DNA of 63,333 nucleotides, filler included, from Sphacelaria rigidula (GCA_964200075.2; 10 parts of 10 records of this genome joined end to end with filler, not necessarily neighbours in it); one strand, 5' to 3'. Shown: positions 11,111-25,726, counted from the first letter of the whole stretch. Numbers and translations are program-made. The notes: a model not told the origin generated them from the letters alone.

Positions 11111-14100
11111 CGAATGTATTGTTACGCTAAATGTCTCGCCGCTCGATACTGGGATCAAGTGAGCAAATTGATCCACCGCTCCATACTGGAATCAAGTAAG
11201 CGTGTGATCCTTCTCGGAACACTAATTTACATCGAAACAAACCCTCCATTACTATACAAAAAGTAAACGGCTCGGCAAGAGTCACAAAAAAGGTGGAGCA
11301 GTTCGACGGTCTCGACAAAACAGAAGAGACCACCAACAGCAAGAGGTCTAGATACTATTGTAAAGAGCAAAGAGTATTTAGATACTGTTTTACAGAACAA
11401 AAACCCGTGCATGCATGCCAATTGCGTACGACAAGTTATTCGTCCGTCTGTGTGGTTCGTCTCTGTGGGGCGTTCGTTTCGCTGTGCTTGTGCTTGTGCT
11501 TGCCATGCCGTGTGCTGCGCGCGCGATATGATACGCGCGATACGATGCAATATGATACACGCGATATGATGCACCGTCCCTCGCTGGGAAACTGTTTCGA
11601 GACGATGCTCAATGTCTCAGGGGCTTTGTGACGCCCCTTGGTAGTCAGACGCTAGATATACACCTCCACAACGCTGACACATCCTGGGGTTGTACGTTTT
11701 TCTTCAAGTTTTTTTTCAAGCTTCCCTCAAAACCTGTAGTACTGCTGAGAGATTTTCTGGGGGGGGGGGGTTGCTGGAGGTATCTCAAACTCGGGGTTTC
11801 CGACATGTTTGACGGGAAATTACTGTGAAACATACCGCAAACCTCGAGTTTGAGATACCCCCCTACTGATTATATACATGAAAGTCATACGTCATTAGTT
11901 TAGGTCGAAAAAAAATTGTTCTGAAGTTGACCCCAATTTTAATGTTCAACCCCATTTCTCAGGGCCCTCCGTCAAGAGTGGTCTCTGGGCGGTGACGTGT
12001 GGTCGAACAGCCCACACACTTTCCAAGATAACACGCCCCCCGTTTAGCATCCCTAACGGTCACGCTTACTTTCTTCTTTCGTAGTGCTTACGTGGTTGTC
12101 TGCTTAGATCTCCCCTTCGACGTTTTCTCCCTAGTTCCCTCCGTCTGTGCTCATTTTCCATTTGCTTTGATTCAGTTATATTGGGGGAGAGGTGGGTTGA
12201 TCCCTCGAGACCACGGACTCATCCCGAGAAAGGGGGAGAGTTCAAACTGCGACGAAAAAAATCAATGAGGGCGGCGAAGTGTAACCTTTCTCGGGGCACG
12301 TCCCGCGGTCAGCAAAACAAATCGGGAACGTACTCTTTTCACTTTTTCGCGGGGTTTTAAGGGTAAGCCTGAAGCACATTCGAAAAAAGGTGAAATCCCG
12401 GGATGTGTCAGCTGCGTGAAGGTGTATGTGGCGTCTGAAGAGGGAGAGCGTGGCTTCAACGCACGATTTCTCCGTGCCAAGGACGTAGTTTGAATCGAGC
12501 GTATCCAAAGAAAGGAAGAAACATGGTCTATGGCCGATAAAATGTCCTCGGACAGCCTGGACACTTTTCGGAGAGTAGCACCCCTCCGNNNNNNNNNNNN
12601 NNNNNNNNNNNNNNNNNNNNNNNNNNNNNNNNTTAATTAATTAANNNNNNNNNNNNNNNNNNNNNNNNNNNNNNNNNNNNNNNNNNNNCGTTTTCTGGGA
12701 TTCCGACCAAAAAAAGCGGAGCGATTGGGAGGCCTGTGTGCGGTGGAAAAAACGACGGAACGGTTATGGATATGAAATGGATGAAAATACTATGCAAAAC
12801 ACAGCCGGGAAAGCGATGCTCCTGAAACCTCCTGAAGCGAAATGTCTGGCGGAATGGAAGCAGAAAACGTGTACTGTGATACTGTGATACTGTGATACTG
12901 TGAAGTCAGGTATTGCTTGACCGGGCAGAGACGCTGGGAAAGTCCTCGACTCATGATAGCAGAGACGTTCTGTTCTGTCTTCTGGTCTGTACACACGGGA
13001 AACTTCGCGACTCACTATAGTACGGGGAAATGCTCGGTTCTCAGAGCTTATGTGAACGTTCTGGGCTTCTGACCAAGAACGGCGGAGCGATTGGAAGGCC
13101 TGTACGTCGTGTGATGTGGACGAAGGGTCGACGAACGAAGGGTCTACCTCCACGGCAAGGAAAAAACGGCGGAACGAAATGGATGAAAACACCATGCAGA
13201 ACACTGCCGAGAAAGCGATGAAAGCGATGCCCCCGAATCGACCTGAAGCGAAATGTCTACCGAAATCGAAGCGGAAAACGTGTCAGAGGTTGACAGAACG
13301 ACGGCCCCGTTTCGCTGTACTTCTCTGTACTCCGCTGTAATCTAAAATCAAGTAAGAGCCAATACTGGCTTCTCAGAGCTTCAGTTCAGGGAGAATGAAA
13401 TGGGCGCGAAAATATGTACTCTAAAATCAAGTGAAAAAATGACAAAAAGTGCACCTGCGTCCAATACTCTTCAACGGCGAAAAAGATAAATGAGTTAATT
13501 GTTATATATATATATACAAGGGTCTGTCAAACATATATTTCGGGACACGTAGGCCCCAAGATCGATAATTCGAATTTTTGAGGAGAGGGGGGGGGGGGGA
13601 CCCAGTCTGCTATCCCCTAGCTTATTGCCGAGGCATTGGCGGATGCGGTCAGCTGCCGTGTACAGAGATCCTTGGTATGGAGACCACTGAGATGACGGAC
13701 ACATCGCCCCTCCAAGCTCTTCACTTACCATGATTACATTTATGAAATCATGTTCCGTGTCGTGTGCCTCGACTACCTACCACGAGTAGTCCGGGCAAAT
13801 TTGGCGAGGCGTTAGCTAGTGTTGCTACTTTTGCTACAGGATATCGCTACCGTGCGCTCGTGTATTGTACATAGCTGTGTGTGAGCGTTGCCGGCATCCG
13901 AGGTCATCGGGACAGGGCGGGCAAGTAGCAGAAGCAAATATACGAACCTCGCAAAGCCTGCCAGAATTTTCGGTCAGTGTTTGTTGATCAAGTTCTTTCA
14001 ACAGTTTCAACAAAATATTGAAAAATTCACAGAAAAAAACACAAAAAATGTAAAACATCATGTCAATTTTCGAAAAATTGCTCTCCGGGAGGGGGGGGGA

Positions 14101-15729
14101 GGGGGCGGCCTCCGTGTCCGATTTTTTTCTCTCGAGAAACCCTTGGTACAGTATTAAATACATGTATAACAAAATTGGGGCCCAGCCTTTTCTCTTTCGA
14201 CAGTTCCAATTCGATTCCAAAACTAAAGATTAGTGCCGCTGCTTCCTGCCGTCAAAATCTGTGAAAAGAGACCCGTACCTATTTTTCTCTTGTGGAACGT
14301 ACAAGTACAACCCCGGAGAAGGGCAGGGCAGCATAAGAACGTGTGTCATACTATACCTCGGATCAAAATGGTCCTACCGGGTGAAGACCTGGTCCCCACA
14401 GCACTTGTGCTGTGTAGGGGCACGTTGTATACCACTCCCCCACATACCATCGCCGGGTGATGACTCCTCGGGTCCCAAAAACGTATCATCCAGGAGTGTT
14501 ATACAATACAGTGCTGTGTAAACTACAGGAGGTGGCGGTGGCGTCGATTCGGCTGCTGCCTTTCCCTTTATTGCTGATTTTGGCGTTGCTCCGCACTGGA
14601 TGTGGTCCGCCAATCACGGGTGTCGATAGTTATTTATGCCCGCAGTTTGGGTGTTCCGGAAAATACGGTCCTGGTGTGGCGCTCGTTAGCATTCACACCA
14701 ACGTTTCGTTCGCACAAGGCTTTGGGTACTAATTTGATTGATTGATTGATTGTCGCACCTTAACTGACCCCCCAGGGGTCCAGCCGTGGTCTCGTGATAG
14801 ACGTACCCAACAAAAACGAAAGTGCAACACGCTCTGAGAAAAAGAAGGAACGAAGTAGTTGACTATTTTGGCTCGTGGGAATATTGTGGATATTGCGGCG
14901 CGCGCTTCCATTAGTACATCAGTAGCGAAGGGGCGGGAAGAGAATGGCAGCAGTGGTGTGTGTATGCGGGGACACGAGTTGGCATCTTTCACAACCAAAG
15001 GGTCAGGGTTATATTATAGTGTATATTAAAACAGATGGACGTTGCCTGAGGAATGAATGTGTTGGGTATACTTACTGCGCACGTGGACGGTCGATATGTC
15101 AACACCAATATATTGATCTAGATGAATGTGAGCTTTGCCAACAACTGAATGTTTATATATTTGTTGTTACGTTGTAGGTGAAAGCTATATTCATTCTCAG
15201 TAGTATCGAAATAGAGAGAGAGCACCTGGATAAAAGTGGACATTCCCAACAACTGAATATATAAATATGTATGTTGTACGTCGTAGGTGAGGGCTACATT
15301 CATTTCCAGTAAAATCGAAATAGAGAATGACAGTACCTTCGGATCACTTGGCAGTTCTATCGTTGGTTTCAAGGCGGTACCCGGAAAATACATATATGTA
15401 GGCTTTTAAAATATTTTTACTAAAATAATAGGTAACGACGGCTCATGCTCGTGGGGTCTTGTGTCACTCCTATACAAACAGAAAATGTTGTGTTACTGTA
15501 CTGAAGTTTTATCGTGTGCCCCACCGTTGAATCTCTGACTTCAGACTAGAACAGGTATACCTTCACTATTTCGGGCTCTGAAGGGGTATTATCTCGGACC
15601 AGATGTGCAGAATTGAAAAATCGCGCCAGAAACGCCGTTCGCGATCGTAATGGTTCAAGCATATCAACTGGAATTATGTGCTATGCCTGTAGTGTACTGT
15701 ACCTTGGGTTAGAAACAAAACGGGGGGAA

Positions 15730-15764
<35 letters not shown>

Positions 15765-17305
15765 TCTCGCTTCGCACGGCCCATGTGCAGAACAGAGCTC
15801 CTTCTCAAATCCATCCTGTATCCTCGCTAGGCGGAAATTTCAGACGTACTTCGGCAGCTGGCTTGTTGTTCTCTACATACCTCTTCTAGACGGGTATGGC
15901 TCTCGCAATTTTTTCAAGTCGAGTATGGACAAATAATAGTGCACCTGACTGTACCCGAAGACCTAATGTACCCCCATGATGTCGATGCGCACCATAGTAC
16001 CCAAAGAATCAATTCATCAGTTCATATACCGTTCACCAGAACACAATGACCGAAACCGACGTGTTGTTGCTGAAACAAATTTCCACATGTCGAACAGCCC
16101 ATTATGTACATGAATATTACTTATTAGTATATTTAGTGTACTGGTCCGGATCATGAGCTCGCTCATTCGGCCTTCTTTCCATATTTCCTTCCTACAGCGC
16201 TGGACACGGAGAATGCGGAGTAGCGTAACGGTTGCGCTTCGGCTTCGCTGACCCCGCGGTCACGTGTTATGTGTCTTTGGACCAACGGATATGAGAGTAC
16301 TCTTTCATTTTTATTATAGGTAGCTCATCAGCTCTCTGACGTGTGCATGACGTGTGCATGATTGCCAAGCCTCTGCCCACCAATAACTCTCCCACACCCT
16401 TGCGATAAAAAATGAAGGCATGCACCACAGAGGGAAGGTGGAAAACTAGAAAAAGAAAAAAAAGAAAACAAAGTCCTGCGTTGACTTTCCTCCTGTGTGA
16501 CCCCGGCTGGTGCGTCCTCATATACCGAAAGGTGTAGACCGGCATCCAGGATAGATGGGACGACAACCCCCGGGCACTCCGAACGCACATTTCCCGCATA
16601 TTGGAATCTGAACGGAAATTCCGCATGTGTACACTCAAGTTCTCAGGGTTTCTGGCGCATATGATGTATGATATGATATGTCCGTAATTTTGGTTCCCCA
16701 ATTATTGACCTGCCTGTCTTGTTGCGACAGGTAACCCACTCGCACACTGCGCATTAGCCGCGGCTACCCACCCCATGGCGCCCATGCGTTGCAAGTGGTG
16801 GTTGGCGATGGCACGGAAATCGTTTGTGCTGTTGATTTCGTATTTTGCCGTTGGTGAATAAGCAGACTGTACTGTCTGTTGCACTGTCTGTCTGTTGTAC
16901 TGTCTGACACCGTGGTGTACAAATACGGCTCCTGTACAAACAGCAGACAGGACAGTATAACTAAAGCAGACAGCAGCATAGACATCCCTATAGTGCAAAA
17001 TCCGGAGCACAGCGACGAAAATATCAACACTGCGAAAGCATGGGGAGGGAGTGTGCTGTTTAGGGAGATGGCGAAAATAGTGGGAACAAGTGTGTACCAA
17101 TTGGAACGCATGGGCCCAATGGAATGGTGGAACAATATGCAGTAATAGTTGCTCGGTACACTGTGCATTGTACATATGTGCAACGTGACCCGTACTTCCC
17201 ACCATAGCCCCACCCAACCACCCATGTGGAGGTCGAACTGCATTTATTGGTTCGAATCAGCTGTGATGCAAATCCCGTCTATTTACGTTGTTTCCATTGT
17301 TTCAG

Positions 17306-17427
17306 GAACGCCTGGACGATCGGCTAGAGCGGCTGAAGGAAGCAGAGGGCCTGTTTCACCACAAGAAAGATCTTTCTTTCGCCCAAGCGTGTACCAAAGA
17401 GCAAGCCGACTTGCTTCAGGTTCAGAG
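17306..17427 (+). CDS. Isolated internal exon, possibly from the Vps16 (HOPS/CORVET subunit) C-terminal region
   Basis: Strong splice sites TTTCAG| and |GTAAGC. It encodes ERLDDRLERLKEAEGLFHHKKDLSFAQACTKEQADLLQVQ, which resembles the Vps16_C helix pattern as I recall it. Flanking exons were not found. Confidence 0.45.
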
Positions 17428-17664
17428 GTAAGCCCATTCTTGTGTTCTTTCTAGGGCGATATCTGGCAACTGCATAGGAGCCACACACAGAGCACAGGGG
17501 TTCGATTCATTACTGTACATCAAATATCAGTATAATTGATTTGTCATTGACAGAACAGTCGGTGCTGTGGTGCTGAAGTCGGTATATTTGATCTATGGGT
17601 AATGATGTATTGTTCTCTGGCAAAGGTAGTCAAGGGACTTTGCTTCGTCTATCACGCAGGAATA

Positions 17665-17935
17665 GTCGGGGGCGTGCTCGTTTGTTGCTTGTCGTAGTCG
17701 TTTGACCATTGACCACGCATCCCTTTCGAGACGGAGCACCATTCCTACTCCTGATAGAGATGCCTCCAACAATTGGGCGCTCATTACGTTTCTTCCATAC
17801 ATAACACAAAAACCACGAACACTTCGGGGGTGGTATGTAGCGAACAACTCTCCATCCCGCCTTGTTGCCCGACTGGCCGGCAAGGGTGGTCATGTCTTGA
17901 ATAATCATTTTCCCTTGGAAGATGACTAAATGACT
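17665..17935 (-). mobile_element. LINE-like 3' end repeat (family B)
   Basis: The segment TGTTGCTTG..TAGTCGTTTGACCATTGACCACGCATCCCTTTCGAGACGGAGCACC recurs at 18347-18400 (opposite strand) and 49575-49670. Confidence 0.6.
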
Positions 17936-19920
17936 AAATGACTAAATGACGCTCCCTGGCGGTCGAAGGCATGTTCGATGAATTTATTATGAGTACAGTG
18001 CGGTACGAGGGGGGAGGGGGGTGTTGCCCGAAGTCATGCCCGAATAAAGTCACATACATTGCGTTGCTTCGTGCGGTGAAGATAGCATTGACGACGTTTT
18101 ACCCGGCGAAAATACACACAGCACACTCATCTATTTTTTCTGGGGGGGGGGGATGTCCTGATTCGTTGCTTGCCTTACGTACGTGCTGGGCCAGCTGACC
18201 TTGATTCTTGAAAATTTTCTGGTCCGGCGGTTCTAAATTTGAGGAGATAGGCGCTGAAATTTTGAAACGACATTCTTGTCATCAACACGTGCAACACTTC
18301 TCGGAATGCCAACAAAAAGAGACCTCCCCCCCCCCCCCAGAAAGTACACGTGGTCAATGGTCACACGACTAAGGCAAGCAACAAATGAGTACGCCCCCCA
18401 CACCCCACACCCCCCCAGAAAGTACACGGATTTGAAATTTCAGCAAAAGCTGGGAAAATGTCATCACTCCAAAAAACGGAAAACGGTGGCATCCCCAGAA
18501 ACGTTGTACGTACTTGCGTGGAGGAGATCCTGGTAAAAATTGTCCGGCCAAGAATTCCTGAAATTAAGCCCAGCCTGGCACTTTTTGTGTGATACCGCTG
18601 CGCCCCTGTAATCCAAGTGATACAGGAGACTCCAGTTATGCAGGTCACGAGTTCGAATCCCGACAAATCCTCTTTTTTTCGCAGGAGTTGGTTCCGTTGT
18701 AAACGTGATACATTATGCAGTTGATTGTTTCTTCATTTTTTTTTGCGGCAAAGCGTGCATGACCAGGTTGGTCTGCAGTTCACAGCGATATGCTTGAATC
18801 GGACTGGTTCGGGAAATTCGAGACGTTATTGTATATACACCAGTACGTGGCAAGGTAGTCGGAGAGGTCACACGCGGGGACTGATCCCAGGGCAAGTAGG
18901 TCTCCTGTAGTTCAATCGGTCTCATACGGATANNNNNNNNNNNNNNNNNNNNNNNNNNNNNNNNNNNNNNNNNNNNTTAATTAATTAANNNNNNNNNNNN
19001 NNNNNNNNNNNNNNNNNNNNNNNNNNNNNNNNCTCGTCGACCAAGGAGTCGAATTTTGTGTACTCACGACATAGTCGCTCTCCACTGTTGAGCATGGTGT
19101 GAGAAAAAATCCCAGATCGCTCCGAGATTTAAACCCACGACCCAACCGTCAACAGGTTTCGAGGTTACCAGCCGAACCACCGGGGCGACCGGTTACTACC
19201 CCCGAAATATCGTCAGCACTCTTGCTTTGCATCCAAGAGACGTGCTGCAGTTGTTTTCACGTGTGGTCGTGGCTCGCTGGGTAACGCAGTTCCGTTTCAA
19301 ACTGGGTCAAGTCCGCAGACTCACAGCCCCGAAACGCGAATTGCTCATCTTCATCCGCCGCGTTCAACAATTAAAAAAAAACTGTACATGGGAACTAAAG
19401 GCCTAACCAGGTGTAACACTGCACCTGCAAATGGTGCTCTTACATGTGGGGCAAAACATCAACATACATTCAAATACGCGTGCATGTCTTGAATCGCACA
19501 ATATGTGCCATGCCAATCTCACACAAGAATCTGCGCTCGAGTGGTGACTTGCCCTCTCGACCGAAACCCGTCGCTGCAAAAGTTGGGTTTGGCAAAAGTT
19601 TGTGCCGTCCAGGTGTCTGGCGCACTACAGTACGATACACCCCAAAAGCGACGTACTGTGACCGTACATATCGAGCATGCGGTAGTCGCCCTGCACTTCA
19701 GCGTCAATGAATCTTACTGCCCAGAATACAACGAATGTTGGACGGGGGTGTACGTGCAGCTATACAATCCTGTCACCATTCGATGGTCGAAAAGTGCAAA
19801 AAAAAAGGGCTTTAGCACTTGAATTCCACGGACTTGACAAAATCAAGACCCCCGCGTTCGTCTTTTGCCCTTAATCTTTATTTTCCCTCTCAATTTTTTT
19901 TTTCTTTCTCATCATTGCAG

Positions 19921-22900
19921 CGAGCTCGCGACACTCTGTGACGTGCTAACGGTCGAAATCGAGCACGTGAACTGCGACATCCTGGCAGACCTCGACGCCA
20001 AAGGTGTGGTCAAGGTGCAGCCCAGCCCCAAGACCATCGCCGTCATCCAGGACAAGCACGCTCAAAAGGAGCACTTCAAGGAGGTCTGTGCTTATTTTCA
20101 GTAGGTAGCAGCAGCAGCAGCAGCAGCAGTGGTGGTGGTGGTCGGGAGGGGAGGGGTGATGGTTGTGGTAGAGCGCATGTGGATGATTGATTGATTGATT
20201 GATTATCGCACATTTTTAACCGATCCCCGAGGAACCTAGCCAGGGTCATTATCCACAAGATGGATGCATCCAAGGTAAAACAAAACGGAAACGCTCGCCA
20301 AATGGGGAAAAACATGTAGACAATATATATACACACACCAACAACAAATAAACGGAATACAAAACTGAAAAGCGGAAACCAAAACAAACGAGACCAAATA
20401 ATGCAACCGATTAATCCGAGCGCGCACGCAATTCGAGTGGGCTCTACCTCAAAGCTGAATTTTTCCCACGATCGCCTCCCTTTGGACGCGAAACGCTCCG
20501 TTCGGGCTCGGGACGAAAACGGTTTCAGCATGGCGTGCCAATGCCACGGTACGTGGACACTCCGACGGTTTCGTCTGTCCAAGAGGCGGGGGTGAAGTTC
20601 GGATATCCACTAATGCTCAAGGCCAAGAGGATGGCGTACGATGGAAAGGGCAACGCGGCTGTCATGGACGAGGTGAATAACATCGTGGGTGCAATTTACG
20701 TAATAAGAAAACCGTCATCAGACATCTTGCAGAGCACGGACGATTGTGCTGTAGCGCGTCTAAGACCTGTGTGCAAAAGATCAGCCACAAGGATGAAAAT
20801 CATCTCACGAATGTTACCATTTCTCTGTATGTATACATATATGCTCGTCATTCGTTCAACCCCTTCCCTTTCCCGGAACCCGTCCGTAATTTCGAGGGAT
20901 CCAACGGTGTATGGGGTACGGTATTTCCTACATTTGGGTATTCTGAAATCGCACTCTTCGTACCCGAACCTCGGGTAGAGTATTTAGGTCGCGCTTAACA
21001 ATGTCCAGATATTGCGTAGATTATTGCGATCGCACCTAACTCTGCCTACTATTCGGGTAGAGTTTGGAGATCGTACCGTCGCAGCACAACATTCGGGAGA
21101 GTAAATACCCGGGTATTTACCCTACCCGACACAACACCCTTGAAGGGATCAATCCATCTCTGCCTTATAAATATTCATGTACGTGGAAGGAGCACAGGAA
21201 AAACGATGGATTGAGAGTAAATGGCCACAGCTAATCGTCGTTGCGAGTGTTCCTGGACCTCGCTACTTTTTTTCGTCCTCGCCCTCCGTATCTTTCCGCA
21301 AGTCTCTGTATTTGTGATATGTGACCATTCTCCATCGCCCGTTCCTGTTTTCCGAATTCAGAGCGGAGTGGAGGCGGCGTTTTCAAAGCTCGGAGGACAA
21401 GATCTATATGTGGAAGAGTGGGCAGACTTCGACAAAGAATTAGCGGTCATGGTGGGTATCCCTCTTGTGCTAAATAGCTTTGTTGTTGTTGATGTTTTTC
21501 TCTGCAGCTGCGAATATGACACCGGGCGATAATGGTCGTACCCTCTCGATTGAGAGGGAGATGGAGATGGATGACCGCGGGAGAAAATTACCAAGCAGAA
21601 AGTGCAGCGGCTGTGGCATTCCACAGCAGTGTACACTGACTGTGTTGATCAAGTACAAAATACTGTTGGTGGCCGCTACCCTGACGGCAACACTACGAGT
21701 GGTAAGGGGGTGTTGAAGGTGTCGGATTTCTTGAGGTGGGGCGGCCGTTGCCATCATGGTGCTTGAGTTCATATTATAGTTAATCGAAGTCGTTGAACGA
21801 AGAGTGTCTGCTGCGTTGTTGAGAAGCGAAGAAAGGATACGGTGATCACCAGTTGTTACTGCCTTACTCTGTAATTCTGGTGATGAAGGACCTGGTGTCG
21901 AAGGGAGACGGAAATGCATCACCAGGCGGGGTGGAGGAGGGTGTTACTCAGTGTGATGGTGGTATACATGGTAACACAAAGCACCTGTGTTGATCGTGCA
22001 CTACTGTGTAATCTACGGGTGGTGGTATACATGGTAACACAAAGCACCTGTGTTGATCGTGCACTACTGTGTATTCTACGGAATGACATTTTGTGCTGTT
22101 TCTGTACCCTGACGTGTTATTGTTGTTGGTGTTCGATTTGCCCCTTTTGCGTCAATGCAAACGAATGGCGCAGTGCCTCTGCCCTGTGCCCTGCGGTGAT
22201 TTTATTTCTCGATCGGTTTCCGTACATCAACTGATCCCCTCCGAGTCATGATGCAGCCGCGGTCACAAGATAAGATACACATACTCAATGTAAACAAAAT
22301 GGAAACGCTCGCTGGAGAAAAAGAGACATGAGAAAAACAACGACAGCGTGATGAAACGAACACAAGTGGAGCAAGAAAAACTGAAACACAAAACACAAGA
22401 ACAGTCACAAGATAGATGCCGAAAGTTTTTTTTGCTTGTGTGATACTAAGAAAAATCCATCCATTCCCTTCTCATGTCACCGCGCGCGTCCTGTCTTTGT
22501 TTCGCGATCAGAACTCTGCCTGACGTTACGAATTAAAACATGGAGACATGGAGAGAAAAATAACTAAATAGTGTGTACTGGCTATATATGTGTCATCATA
22601 ATCCCAACGTATCCTTGCCCCCTGCCTGTGCACAGGTGATCAGAGGCGAGGATGGCGAGACGCGATGCTATCCTGTGGTGGAGACGGTGCAGCTCAACAA
22701 CGTGTGCCACACCACCCTCGTCCCGGTGCCGAACATCTCGAAGGAATCTTCGGACAAGGCTCACGCGGCGGCCAGGAAGGCGGTACAGTCTCTGTGGGGG
22801 GCGGGGGTGTTCGGCGTGGAGCTGTTCCTCATGAAGGATGGGAGCGTTCTGCTGAACGAGATTGCACCCAGGTGGACACGCACGCAATCAAGCGAAACAA

Positions 22901-23275
22901 ATAGAGATATAGAGAGAGCGAGAGAGATTAAAAAAAAATAAAGTGATTTTTCATTCATGTTCCACACGTAAGACAACTCATGAGCTAGCTACCTGAACAT
23001 TACTTATGTTACCAATGTACTGATGCGAATCATGAGCTAGCTCATTTGGCCCTTGTTTTTGTCTTCCATATTTGCTCCCCATAGGGCTGGACGCCAAGCA
23101 CGTGAAGTAGCGCAAAGGTGTCGCTTTAGCTTCTCGGACACCTATTGTCACGTTTTTTGCGTTCTTGGACAAGGAATCTGAGAGTCCTCTTTGGTCAGTT
23201 ATTGTGAGCTGTCCGATGCACGGTATCTTCGTCCGTCATTTGGCGATAGGGAGAGGTTTGTTTTCATTGTTCGCC

Positions 23276-23335
<60 letters not shown>

Positions 23336-24052
23336 CCTGTGCAGCATACGATGCGTCATTTTTGTAAATGTACAAAACACACATGTAAATGTAGGTCATT
23401 CCCGATCACGAAGGAAGGGCACCGTAGCGATGCTCTATACTCGACGAGACTCACCGCGTAAGGAGGATGTATTTTCCTTTTTCAGTCGGTCGGCCAGCGA
23501 GGAAATTTCTCGAAATGTTCAAAGCTTGAGTGTACACGACGCAATGCTACTTTGAACTTTTTCAACTTTTTATTTTTTCATCTCCCTCCTCTCCTTACGA
23601 AAAATGCTAAGAATTTGCCGTGCTGATTGATGTTGATATTATCGAAAGCGACAAACCAACCACGACAGGACCAGAACAACTGACTAACTTTTTGGCAATT
23701 TTTTTTCTTCAACTTTTTTTCTTCCTCTTTTTTTTCTTCAATATGTATTTTTTTCTTCTCTTCCCCCGTTCTTCATCCGTCGTTTTCATTTTTATTCATT
23801 TATCTTTTCACCAAACGCTCTCACACGCCACGACCAACAAAACATAAAACAGACCGCACAACTCGGGCCACTACACGTACGAGGCGTGCGATTGCGACCA
23901 GTTCGAGAACCACCTTCGAGCGGTGCTGGGCCTCCCGCTGGGGAGCACGTCGTTGAGGGTTGGGTGCAGCATGATGCTCAACGTTCTCGGTGATGCGAAG
24001 GGATCGATGTCGGCCACAAAGCAAGAGCTGGCCCGCACTCTGTCCGTGCCAG
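19921..24052 (+). CDS. purK: Phosphoribosylaminoimidazole carboxylase, ATP-grasp (PurK/ADE2-type) domain; five internal exons
   Basis: Phase-consistent exons 19921-20083, 20529-20672, 21362-21451, 22636-22871 and 23853-24052. They encode [80 protein letters not shown] and [15 protein letters not shown]. Both termini are missing. Confidence 0.95.
21956..22081 (+). repeat. Tandem duplication of ~61 bp within a purK intron
   Basis: GGTGGTATACATGGTAACACAAAGCACCTGTGTTGATCGTGCACTACTGTGTA.TCTACGG occurs twice. Confidence 0.85.
23279..23333 (+). repeat. (TG)n microsatellite
   Basis: Seen directly in the sequence. Confidence 0.97.
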
Positions 24053-25179
24053 GTTAGAGCATACGTGCCACTTGCTTCTTCTATTTTTTTCCTCGAGTTA
24101 TTGTGAAATCCTACTGAAGCATACCCATACATACAGGAATGGTCCTATCATAGTGCGGTGGGTCACCAACCCGGCATGCTCGCACTATACCGGGACCTCG
24201 CATACTACTGATGTTATGCACTCACTTGCTATGAGTATAGAGCAGATCGGACATGAATGGGCCCCCACATTTTCAAGGACCACACTGTGGGAGGACTGCC
24301 ATTGTATCCAAACATGCCCACACACACACATCGGAGTATGGTTTCTCCCACGTAAATCCGAGAACGTTTCTCTGGAACGCATGTGTTGTCACTTCGGATC
24401 GTTACCTGTTCCTTCATTGAAGTATTGTCACTCTCCAGGCAGAGGAGCGACGTCCACCAGAGCCACACTTGTCCTCCGCCTCAGTCGCGTACGCCGCCTG
24501 CATGTCTCCCTCAGAAGAATGGGCTCGCTACTTCGTCCTGGTGGCTGACATTTGCAACCAACAACTGTAGGGTGCGTATGATTCCGACGCTATGAGGGTG
24601 GAGGGTACACAATATACCCCCTCATCTGGCGTCGTCGACGAGGTTGTAGCCCCGACATGTGAAAATCATTAGACGACGGCGTATCTCCTCGTGTACCACG
24701 ACGGCGCAGATTAGCGCCACCAAAGACAAGCCAGGACCGCCACGTGTGGCCGGGGGCTGGAACATGGCAACAAAATAGTGGAGCACCACGGTTAGGATCC
24801 CGTACGATCGTGCGGAAGAAGGCGACCGCATTCGACGCGTTCACCATCGTCGATCCTGCTCTCCCAGCGCTTAGCAGATTATAATGGGACCATCACTATT
24901 GGTGCTCAGCTGTTGGTATCTCCACTTAGCTGCCGCCCGCCGAAGTATTATGTCATATGCGGAACCCCTCGCCACGGCGGCGGGCCCTGGTAAAAACCCG
25001 GCAAAAATCGCGGCGGTCAAAATTGCGATTGCCCGCCACCACGTCCGTCCGATCGTATTTGCAGATTACTTCGGCGGTCCAATCGTGAGCTGCGACTACG
25101 ACATCCCGGCCTAGTCACGCGCCCGACACCCGACCCGCTCCCCCTAAATTTCTCTATATATCCCTCTACCGCCGCGCCC

Positions 25180-25255
25180 CGGTGGTGAAATGGTCCGACT
25201 GTCGCCATTAGGGTGGAGAGAACGGGGGTTCGATTCCCGATGCGTTGTTTTTTCC
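25180..25255 (+). mobile_element. tRNA-like SINE head (Pol III A/B boxes)
   Basis: GGTGGTGAAATGG ... GGTTCGATTCCC followed by a T-run, with no proper cloverleaf. A similar head occurs at 18600-18680. Confidence 0.5.
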
Positions 25256-25726
25256 TTCGTAATGTATGATTTCCACNNNNNNNNNNNNNNNNNNNNNNNN
25301 NNNNNNNNNNNNNNNNNNNNTTAATTAATTAANNNNNNNNNNNNNNNNNNNNNNNNNNNNNNNNNNNNNNNNNNNNGTGGAGAGAGTACTGTTTTGAGCT
25401 CGAACCTCATTTCATTGATGAACCTCATTTTATAGAATCCTCTATTTTAGAGTACGAGGTAGAAAAGAGATTACCCCTGCCGGGGGGAAACACCACCCAA
25501 TTACAATTGAGGATATTACAGCCGAAAATCTCGGCTACGTTCCTTGAAACGAAAGTCGAACTCGGGCATGACTTTCGATAGTTTCCTCGCCAGGGTATGA
25601 GCTGATAGTTTTCCTTCGGTTGTACAGATTGTGAGATCTGATAACGGAGGAGATTTTGGGGGGGATCCATTCAGATCAGTACGTGATGGGCCGTTGATCA
25701 AGCAGGAATATACACCCACCCCTTGT

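Noticed and set aside
10924..11266. Poly-Leu/poly-Tyr ORFs (likewise poly-Cys at 30642-30944 and CV repeats at 23165-23555)
   Set aside because: These are translations of microsatellites.
18600..18680. Possible tRNA genes here and at 25180-25255, 35120-35200 and 225-300
   Set aside because: Only A/B-box-like motifs are present, with no consistent acceptor and anticodon stems. They fit SINE heads better.
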